This document shows, piece after piece, positions 1 to 10,108 of a DNA stretch of 28,355 bases; within the stretch, counting starts at the first letter, position 1, and each line of letters starts with the position of its first letter. Position numbers and translations under genes: made by a program. The stretch lies in NCBI GenBank assembly GCA_001949185.1, contig BDGG01000004.1, positions 1-28,355 on the forward strand, read 5' to 3'. The notes beneath the pieces are model-generated. The model saw only the letters and a list, made by a program, of their open reading frames with translations, had not been told where the DNA came from and ran no database searches. Source of the DNA: Ramazzottius varieornatus (Eukaryota > Animalia > Tardigrada).

Positions 1-474
1 GCAGGAAACGTTGATCCTCTTGGCCAAGCAGATTTGGACGGCGTACGTGGCTCTGTGCTTTGTTGCCCTGAATATCGAAGCTGGAAAGGTAGTCCGAACT
101 CTAGTGCATTCCCAAAACTCCCCTTCGCATAAGGGACTGTAACAATGACATGTCCTTTTCGAGCTGGAGCGAATGGAGTCCCCGATGCAGTCCCTTTTAC
201 CGGAGTGTCGGTTTTTTTCCGGGTGACCGAAGTATCTTCCGACCTGTAAAAACTGCTTGCAGATCCAGACTGTCACTTCAAAGCTAGATGTTTTAAGTCA
301 AGAGCTCACCAGAATCAGTTTCTGTTATCTCAGTGAAGGACTGGTCCTTCTTCAATCCTAAAATATGATTCGCCTTCCGGTATACGGTGTAGAAGTACGG
401 GTCCTTGATTGCCGCCAGCTGAATACGTGCACATGTAACTTATTGATTCCAAAGTTTTAACAAAATAAAACGAG
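1..474 (-). other. Possible exon fragments of an unidentified gene or pseudogene
   Basis: Donor ctg|gtgag near 310 and acceptor ttttacag| near 243. Upstream frame reads LAAIKDPYFYTVYRKANHILGLKK. The spliced frame stops quickly and no family is recognised. Confidence 0.25.
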
Positions 475-824
475 CTGAAGTAAATGATAACTTTCAAAGT
501 GGTCAATTCATAAAAACGAAATGGCACTCTGGATCTGTAGTACATGATGATATACGAGTGGCACAACCTCCAACCACCTTTACCACAATCACACGGCATC
601 GTTCAATACGTGGCTTCAGTCTTGCTTGCGCAAACCCGTTAGAGTCGCAAACTGCCTGCTGAATTTTTTCGATCAACTCAAATCAAACTTGATTGAGAGA
701 AAATTCGGAAATTTCGAAAACATCGCATAAGAGACCGGACATGCGCGAGTTTCGCTGGGTGGGGATGTGCACAATTCATAATTATGGAATGAGTGGTAGG
801 GATTTGAGGGGTTCAATGCTGTAA

Positions 825-3800
825 CTAATTATCCGCTATGGTATCATAAATCCAGTCCAAAAAGTAGCTAGTCTTTGCGTAAACTCCCGGATAGTTCTCC
901 GATGCGCACCGCCTAAGGACGAACGCAAGCAGTAGTCAACAGCAAGATGTAACATCTGGCGGGGAACCACGGACCTCAAATTTAAATTAGTCTACGTAAC
1001 TTACTCATGTCCCCACGAAACGGTGCCGACCAGCTCATAGCGCGAAGGATCATCCGTGCTAGGACAAACCAGCGGGCCACCGCTGTCTCCGTTGCAGCTG
1101 AAGACGTTTGGCCAAAGGTTGATTCAGATCACAGAAAAGCACACAGTTTTGTTTTGGTCGCCACCCACCTGTCCTTTTCTGGATTGTAAGCACAAATTTC
1201 ATCTTCGCTAATATCACTCCACATCGACTCGCACAATTCGCGTTCAATCACGACGTCCACTTGTCGTAACGGGTCGCTGTACTTTAGTTCCGTTATGTGT
1301 GTTCGGTTAACGAATTTTCGGCCTTCGCGGCCCCCATAACTGTAGCCCCAGCCAGTCACGTAACACTTCGAGCCAATTGCGCCAGAGTTCATGGAAGGAA
1401 GGCATACCGGTGTCACATCATCATTGAAAAAGATTGGCTGTAAAAGACATTGCTCAGCATCGAAAACTCGAAAACCTAGCGTGTCTACTTACGTCTTGTA
1501 CCCTACCATTTTTGTCTTGATCATACACATGTCGTAGGCGGTCCGGTCATTTTCAGGTTCATAATCGGGATACAAGATTATCTTCTCGATATCATAGTGT
1601 ACAGCGTTGGGCTCGTACTCCTGAGCCAAATCATGCTCGCCGACTCGAACCTTATAGTTTTTGGGGTCTACGGGCAGCGCATGTGCAACACAGCAGTGTG
1701 CGGCGGTCAGAACCCAGTCGTGCTCAATCTGTGAAGCAATGTAAACTATGCTGAGTTTCTAAGAATGAATGTGGACCTAGGACCAACAATGCTTACTTAC
1801 GATTGTACCACCGCAGAAGTGCTCGCCGCTCAGAGTGAAAAGTGCCGCCTGCCACGGCCAAGAGCCCGGTCGCGCCTGTAACGTAGTTGCCAGACAAAGT
1901 TTGGCAGGGTAATGGCTTTTAAAGTACCGTCTACCATATATCTACCTCAACACCGCCCACTATCTTTGCATCGGATTTCGTACTGATGTAGGGAGGAATG
2001 GCTGGAATACCGCAACCGGCGGGACAATTTTCGTCCATTCCTCTTGGACAATCAGGATTTCCTGTAAACAGCTCAGTCAATTAACTCTCCATGATTCATG
2101 ACTGCAAAGAACCAGGAGCCTAAGGGATCTTACCGTCACAAAGTTGTGAGCGATCAAAGCAGGTGTGGCCCGTTTGGCTGTTGGGACAATGACCGTACTC
2201 TGCATTGCAGCGTGATTCTGTATACATATGAGAATTAGTCCGGGACCACGGCTGTTAAGGGCCTAGAGGCACCAACCTTCCACTCGCAGCCGAAAGCCAC
2301 GCCTGTTCCACCAGGAAAAGGCGCTCCGGAACACAATTTTCTGCGCGATAATACTTACGGTCAACTGTTGTCAGTACATGCGCCTGGCCTAATTCCCGGC
2401 CACCGGCCGATGGCGGCAACGCTTCAATTGATTGGTCACTTCTGCTGAGGGCTGCTGCTTCCCCCCGGTGGCCGGAAATTTTGTCCAGGCCGGGAATTAG
2501 GCCAGGTGCGTGCACTTGATATCGACTGTGCATACGGAAGAAAATCTCCAAATTACCACTGTGTTCCCAAATGAGCGAACGCCTCTAGGTCCTGACCATG
2601 GGCGATCCCCGCAGAATCGTCCAACGCTTTTCCCCTCTGAAAGAATTCAATGCCGGTCGGAAGAAAATAACGTGAAATTTTGGGAGCAGTACAAAGGTCT
2701 TCGGCAGGGAGCTTACGCATGGTATCTTCAATCATGAGGTGACTACCGCGACACAATGGATCGCGTCGTCTGCCGTCAATCTCGAAAAGTCCCACGGCCG
2801 TGACCTACAGCGAGATAAAGAGCGACTTGTCGTTTAGACTGTTACGTTGTCAAATCGATATTTCGTTCTTTACCATGACGGCAGAGGAGTTGGAGCTTCG
2901 CACAATCCATTCGCAAAAAGTCTCCTGAGGATATTCTTCGGGATAGTTGGGAGACTGGATGTACTGAACGGTGTTTTCACTATCGAGAACGATCTCGCCA
3001 CCGCAAACTGGGCCTGGCTGAGGCTTCGCAGTTGTTGTGCTCGGAGGGATTTCGGAGCCGTCTGTACCGCTGTAAGTCAGTCTGAAACCTCTCCTACGAA
3101 ACATCGCTTGTCGTTCGGTCACAATGTAGAATTAAAATATTTATCCGCAGAATAAATGCACCCCAATCAGTATTCGAACCTTTCATCCTCCTCGTCAGTA
3201 CCTAATAAAACAAGATTAAGTATCAATAGGAATATCTGCTTGGTGCTCATGACTAGGTCGATAAGGCGAATATCGAAACGTTGGAAGGAACTGTCTTTTG
3301 TTGAGACACGAAAGTGCGTACAGAAATCGATCGTGGCCGTATTGCTGCTGACCAGCTGGACGCCAGGTGAAGTGGTTCCACAGAATATCCCAGTCGTTAG
3401 AACACCTTTTGGAGCGCACACTGGAGCCGTGGTAGTACCACTGTAGATTCGTACCCAGTCGGCGCACGCTGTGAAAGATGGGAGGCTTGGAGCGCCGTTT
3501 CGTTCGACGTCGAATGCCTCGTCGAACGTAATCTGCAGTTTCTAGTTTGAAGAGCACAAGTCTATTGTTGAGCATGTACGAGTGCAGAAGTTTGTACCAT
3601 TCGAAATACAGGGACACGCTGTTCGTAAGTCTCACCTTTCCTTCAGGAACTCTAATTGTCCAGCGGCAAGTTTGGTTTGGTGGGTAATTGAAGTCCGGGT
3701 GCAGCGTGTAGTAAGGTGAAAATATGGCTCCATTGTCCCATACCGGCAATACCATCGGAGCTTTACATCCATCCAAAAAGCCTGCGGGTTTTCATCCTAA

Positions 3801-3914
3801 AGATTATGAACTGGAAAATGGCACTTCAGCTCGCAAAGACAAACCTGGTTCCTGGGAAGTAACCACAGTTAGGACTCCGATGCAGATGGTAACAAATATC
3901 TGTAATGGAAGCAT
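825..3914 (-). CDS. Secreted multidomain S1A serine protease: signal peptide-CUB-CUB-LDLa-trypsin domain, 15 exons
   Basis: Manual splicing with GT-AG sites gives exons 3914-3845 ([20 protein letters not shown]), 3781-3636, ~3541-3322, 3201-3180, 3093-2874, 2804-2717, 2636-2557, 2340-2277, 2217-2134, 2061-1946, 1875-1801, 1728-1507, 1437-1169, 1097-1005, 912-825 (TAG). CUB motifs: [36 protein letters not shown]. LDLa: [15 protein letters not shown]. Activation site K|IVGG, then [33 protein letters not shown]. Catalytic triad and S1 Asp are intact. Confidence 0.93.
2374..2515. repeat. Intronic inverted-repeat element (small MITE-like hairpin)
   Basis: gtacatgcgcctggcctaattcccggcc (2374-2401) pairs with ggccgggaattaggccaggtgcgtgcac (2488-2515): 28 bp, 3 mismatches. 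Lies in the longest intron (2341-2556) of the protease gene. Confidence 0.7.
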
Positions 3915-4718
3915 TTTTTCGAAGCGACCAGCTTCACAACCGGTATTGCGTAAAGGCAGGAGAAAGCATAAACGGAGGGCGTTCTTCTCGTTACGGATAG
4001 TTCGTTCAGGAGTTCAAACTATGTGCTGGCTTGTCGCTATCAATAGCAATTGCAGAATAGCCACGGTACAGATTATTCGTATCGCAGCTCACTGCAGCCT
4101 GGGATCACTTACTTATCTGATATCAGCGTAATTCAATTGTACCAATTCTGTGGCCCATGGTGGTTTGAACGACGCTTATCAACGTACATATACCGTTGCA
4201 TTGCATCACCGCCTTTTTCATTGCGATGCAATTATCAGGTTCGGAAGTTTGACTTGTTCCTTGTCGAGGGAGCACATATGGGAATTTTTTGCTGGTGAGA
4301 TTTTTGTCATTTCTCTGCTGCTTCATGTGATGAACTGTTCACCAACACTCCTCTTTCTCTCGCCGCAGCAGCAACAAAGTCCGTACGTTAACCACGGGAG
4401 GAGAGAGCTGGGTTTATAGTCAAAGGCGGAAGATATTTCCCCTGTTTTTTTTCCAAACTATTTTCTCAGCTACTGGCTTAATCGATTTCGAAGCGAATCA
4501 TACCAGTCTATAGAAGTGAGTTGGTTCTCCATGACCACAGTCAGAAGCTATCTCATTGCGACTTCTGGTTTTTCGAGAATAAGGATCTCCGTTTTTCCGG
4601 GCTGAGAACGGCCTGTAAATTGTGCCACTTAACTGAGTAAGTCTGAGTCAAATTTTCTCAGACTTACAGACTTCTTGAAATCTTCTAGTGAGACAATCAG
4701 TAGATGCTTCAGAGTGCG

Positions 4719-5378
4719 CCCAAGAAAAAAAGAGTACGTGGCAAAGTAATGACCGAAGTGCATTCCGTACTTCCGTTTGGGCCGGACAGGTACCTAGAGT
4801 ACACTTATCTCAACCCGCGCATACGTGGTCGAGCGCAGGCTGTGCGCCTGTATTTAGGTTGGCGATGAACGTGCGAAATGGATGCGCGAAAAAACTAGTT
4901 TCTCCTCGCGTACACCCGCGGTGAAACTCTCGTCATAGTCCGCGGGTGGATGCGCGGAAAAAGTATTCCACCGCGCATGCACCCGCGGTAAAAGTACTGT
5001 GGACTTTCGAATCGCCCGGCTCACCATAAACGAACCAAGTCGGTCGTATAGATCTTCAATCCGGATGGACCGGATCATCAATCCGGGTGAACCGGATCAT
5101 CAAAAATCAATGAAAGTCAGTCAAATAATCAACCGTACCAAAATGGCTCGAACGATAAAAAATTCAAGCAATCATTCGAAGAGAAAACTCAACGCTGATT
5201 GCACCAATCAAGCAAGTAAATGCTGTTTTCTTATTGATCGATTGATTGATTGATTAAATCGCAATGCACACGTGATGCGCGCACAGGTGCAGTTTAGTAG
5301 AATCATAGTACATATTGCCACTAACATCTAGGATTTCCTAGTGCGGTGTACTCCGAATCTACGAATTTTTTTCGGTGT
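4719..5378. mobile_element. Non-autonomous DNA element, copy A (CCC-ended, possibly CACTA/CMC superfamily)
   Basis: Collinear similarity to 16641-18698: cccaagaa start; 4751-4852 ~ 16672-16774; 5031-5090 ~ 17747-17791 plus 18420 onward; gtgatgcgc...gtgcagtttagt and gaattttttc blocks near the right end. Internal ccgcg-rich inverted repeats at 4907-4990. Possible 2-bp TSD (cg/cg); right TIR is degenerate. Confidence 0.65.
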
Positions 5379-8179
5379 CGTATTCTCGGACGAAGTTGCC
5401 TCGCGATTGAACTCTCTCAGCTCTCACACTCCGAATTTCAGTATCTGAACTCGTGTCCAAGTTTCCACCCGGATAAATTTGGCAGCCAATGTTTCGGAAG
5501 AAATTTTGATGGTGCTTTCAGAAGAACGACCATCTGAATATGTTTTGCAGGCATGATCAGGTTTCGAAAGGGATCCAGGAGCTCGAAGAGATTATTTTTC
5601 CAGAAGCGTCTGGTTTTTCACAAAACAGCCAGTTTCGTTGAGCTGATTTTGCAGCTCGACGAACACCACTGATTCGAATGTCCATGAGCGTATCCAAACG
5701 CTACATGATCATATCGCAAAACGTTTGGGATGAATTACTTGGCTCCAACGGGAGAAAAATTTTCGACTTCGCTGTTCGAAAACAGGGAACAAGCTATACT
5801 TCCGCACCTGGGATAATATTTATAAAATAGAAGAGAACGCACAGAAACCTATGCACGGACAGAAAGCAAGTAATGTCAATACTTTCCACTAACAGCCGAT
5901 GCTTGCTTACATTTGTTCGAAAATCAAGATCTTGAAAGGATAAAAAAACACTTGAGAAGGGTCTTTTCATTCAACTGCACAGTAGCGACGACCGTTGAGG
6001 CCGACGGGAGTAATTCCTCACCTTAGAAGCCAAGATCTGCGGTAATTACCTTTCAGCCAGGTTCAGGTTCAGGGTTTCCCAAACTGAGCTTCTGGGTTTC
6101 CAAAACTTTCGCCTGGAAGTAAGACACTCTTATGTATTTGTTCCTTTACGTTTTCATATCTAATGCTGGGTACCCACGATTCCATAGGTCAAAACTATGC
6201 CGAATGCCTGTATGGTAGAGTTTAGAAAAATAAATCCAGTTTACCCGTTACCCCGGCAGAATTATTGCGCCTTCTGACTGGTACGCGCATGTGTCTTACA
6301 CAAACAGCTGATTGCTGTGCAAGAGCTTGCACGGGCTCAGTTCATCAGTGCGATGGGTGCGATCCATCCGTGGGCCAGTTTCATCTGACGCTTTCGCCCA
6401 GGCTTGTACCACTTCCGCACATGCGTCGCGTTCCTGCGTTCAGCTTGACATACAATGGCAGTTGTAATTAGAGCTTGACACTTCGTGGAGAGCGTAGAGC
6501 CGGTGGTGACCGCACAGCCAATCATATTGGTAACGACCGGTGGGAACTATAGATCGGTGGTGCTGGTGGAGACCGTACAGGTTTATTGGGCAGCGCGACA
6601 GATCGAAGAAGACGGCGGAACGGTGCACGTGGAAGTAATGTTCAGATGCTTATTCTGAACATCGCTATTAGAGCGACATAATCTCCGATTAGATCCTTTG
6701 AGGATAGGTGTCCAGATTCCGCGAGACGTATGTTTGATTTTCAAAAACCCAATATGCTAGTCCATGGAGTGAAAAACCGGGTAGCCCAAAAAAGCAGCGG
6801 AAATTATAAACTATACTCTGTTTTCGGTCTTCCGTATTGGGTTGAGGTTGACTTCAATGCGCTCCTTGCGGTTTGTGTCCGAGTTGATCACTTCCTTGTT
6901 CTAACAAGCTTTTGATGTGGACTTTTCATGGTAAACCGGATCAAGTCAGTCTACTATCAAGAATCTATCAGTAATTCGGGAACCTAAAATAAAGCCGACA
7001 CTTACTATTTAGCCTATGTTGCTGAAGCCAGGTAAACAAGACCCCGGCCGGAAAACTCTTTGTTCTTGTCGGAAACGGACATACCGGAACGGATTTTCTT
7101 ACTACCTATGTACATTCTTCAAAGACGCGTATCGAATGAGCAATAATATGAATCACAACTCAGCAACTCCCAAAAACAGTCAAATGGGTTGAATTTCGAC
7201 GGAAATCCTGTTATCATTATCTGAGACGGACCGCCTCTTTCTTCCCTCGCAGCGTTCGCAGCCACTGACCACGGGACAGTCGTCGGACCGCCTGCGAGCA
7301 AGAAGGCTGTTTCTGACGGTACTATATGAACAAATGTCTTGTCTAGCTTCCTTACTTCTTTCCTCATTCGCGCGGTTTTCGTTGATGCGTATTTCGAGTT
7401 CCCCACCCACCCACTCCTTTGTTTTGATTGGTTATTTGTGTCTCTTTTGTTATTCCTTTTTTCTCGACCTGTTGTCGAGGAGGTTTGCAAACGTACGCGT
7501 ACACACACACGTTTACCGTTGTTGTTACCAGCCTCATTCGGTAGTTTACCGCCACTGGTTTCGCGACAAACCTATGCCCCTCGAGTACTTCCGCCTTCGG
7601 TAACTCTGCTCGCCACGTGTTAGGGTATTACCAGGAACAATGTGTTGATCATACTAATGGCGTACGTACTTAGTAACCGTCCGGGTACGAAATACCTTTA
7701 TACAGCCATGTCATGCCACCAACCAGATCGAATCATTCAGAGTGACATTTATGAGTTACATAGTGAACACAACAACTATCCACGTAACTGATTACCGCTG
7801 CTGCACGCTTAACCTCCATCCTGTGTCACAACAAATTAGATCAACTACGTTGCGGCATTTGATGAAAGTGGGATAAAGGATGTGGGGAACGGCATCCACG
7901 GCATATACTGGCATCCTCACCTACCACCCATTCATTCCGCACGATTCGACACTCATTCAAAAGATTGATGCAATCGATCACGCGTAGCTTTTTTCTCAGC
8001 GCTTCTTCCTCTTTGATTGAATTTCGATTCCGTTTTAGTCTTACCGCAGTCCTCCACTTCAGCAGTAGTAGGCGATCTTGGAAAGGTATATAGTAACCTG
8101 GATTGTGTTGTGTTAAGGGTAACGCTGCCAGATTTCTTCCGCCTCTTTTGATGAATTGTCTTATATACCCACTACAACC

Positions 8180-9291
8180 ATGCTCAACCACACTTTCCAG
8201 AATGTAACTCCAGTCTTAAGCTTTGATGACCCGGCCAGCGTCATCTGGTGGTTCGTCGCTTGTTTCTTCCTCCACGTCATCGGCGTGGTGGCCAACGTTG
8301 CCCTGATGGTGGCTGTGTGGAACGACCGCACCTCACACAAAGGTTCCCGCTTCCTTGTCAGCAGTATGGCCTTCGCCAACCTCCTCATGGCTTCCTTCTT
8401 CATGCCCAGCGCCAACATCGAAGTTCTCGTTCGTCACCTGCGTCAGTCCGCCTCCACCAATCACGCCAAATTCTGCACGTTCTTTTACGCCGGCTACTAC
8501 ACCACCCAAACCTCCGCGGCCTGGATTGAAGTAGCTCTGGCCGTCAACCGCCTCATCGCCATTGTCTTCCCTCGACACTACGACCGCTTCCGCAGCCTGA
8601 AGGTCTCCATCGAGATGGTCCTGGCAGCTGTCTTGATCGGAGTGTCGGTTAGTTTCCTGACGGCGGGAGGTATCGGCGCCAGTTACTCCACACAGCCCAA
8701 CGGCTACTGCATGTTCCAGAACTATAACAACCTAGGAGCCTTCCTGGGTATGATGGTGTCGTTCATACCGTACGGTCTAGCCATGTTAGTGGCCTTGGCA
8801 ATCTTCGTCAGCACCTGTCTACGTCCGCGAGTGTCACCTCTGCCACTGAAGGTCAGACATCATCGCATCATGAGTAGGAGGATGGTGGTTGCACAAGCCA
8901 TGTTTGCCTCGAGTGTGTGGTGCTTGTTATGCACTTTACCGGTGTTTGTCGTGGGTGCCTTGATGCCGGAACTGACAACGAGGGAAACTTCCTTGATCCG
9001 CTGGCTAAAGGTTTCCTACACGGCGGAATTCGCAATTGACCCAGTAAGCCTTGATAATTACAACGAAATCGTTACAAAAGTCGGAAACATGTTTACCTGA
9101 ACGGGAATAGGGAGAGACTGAGGATTAACTGTTGCGCGAAGTGAACCGGGCTGGTGTTACGGGTTTCTGGTTATGGTGATCATTATCACTTCCTGTTTTT
9201 GCAGTTGGTCTTCTTTGCCATCAGTTCAACGTACCGTCAAGCCCTGATGACAACGATTCGTCGATGGATCCGGAATGGCAGGAGTCTATAG
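8180..9291 (+). CDS. Class A (rhodopsin-like) orphan GPCR, 2 exons (8180-9043, 9205-9291)
   Basis: N-terminal sequons NHT and NVT; seven hydrophobic segments; TM1 GVVAN, TM2 AFANL, TM3 C...ALAVNRLIAIVFP (DRY->NRL), TM6 CTLP. TM7 AIDP|LVFF is completed across a gtaag...ttttgcag intron. TAG at 9289-9291. Confidence 0.92.
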
Positions 9292-9697
9292 CCGATCGCG
9301 AGACCCGTCATTGACCCAGTTGAACTTGAATCTCAACAGCAGGAAATCATCAAAGATAATTTTGGTGGGGTAACCACTCGTAATGATGATCGTCAGTTGA
9401 ATAACCTGTCCATAGTATACAAGCATTAACGCTTAGAGCTGCTGTGTAGTGTACAATTTACAGTAATTGGTGAATTTAAAGTCGCTGAACGGCTCACATA
9501 TACAGTAGATTGCGGCAGATCAATCACGGAGAGAGCGGTCCTGTCATTGTAACCATTTACGTAGCTTGCTGCCCAAATGGAAAATGGCATAAGGTGCAAG
9601 CCGGACATCGCATCTAACAATGGTCAGAGTCTAAAACAAAGTGACCAGGACCAGAGTGAAAAGATATAACCTCTAGCGTATTCACTGCAATGCAGGC

Positions 9698-9737
9698 CTC
9701 TGTACAGGCTCGTTGATACACTGGAGCCTGTACAGAG
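9698..9737. repeat. Perfect 14-bp inverted repeat with 12-nt loop
   Basis: ctctgtacaggctc (9698-9711) / gagcctgtacagag (9724-9737). Confidence 0.8.
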
Positions 9738-10108
9738 TCACAATCACACAATCAAGCGTAGTAAGACAAGACAGGGCGGACTTTTTCTCTTGATCGTGAG
9801 TTAGCCCCTGATTGACTAGGGCCGACTTTTGTAACTTCAGTTCCGCCGTTGATTTTGGACATCATTGATTGACTGGGGAAATGTGTATCAACGCGCACTT
9901 TCAATGCAGTGGCTACACTAGAGGCAATATCGTTTCACTCTGTGAGGACAAACAGCACAGTGATGCCGGAGCGTGTATCAACGGCGTAAGCGAGTGGTTC
10001 GGACAACTCGAACGATGTGCATAAAGCGAACGACCAGACAAGGGAAAACGGTTACTGGTCTTTTGAAAGAATTTTCCCATGCTTTGAAGTTTAGAGAAGT
10101 CACATAAG

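Noticed and set aside
5265-5300. Helitron 3' end (hairpin followed by TTAG)
   Set aside because: Similarity with copy B continues about 75 bp further, to TIR-like ends.
7119-7623. Overlapping ORFs on both strands
   Set aside because: Low-complexity T-rich sequence with no motifs or coherent splice structure.
8161-8578. Antisense and alternative-frame ORFs over the GPCR, and likewise over MOGS, SNX and Kazal
   Set aside because: Shadow ORFs of real coding sequence.
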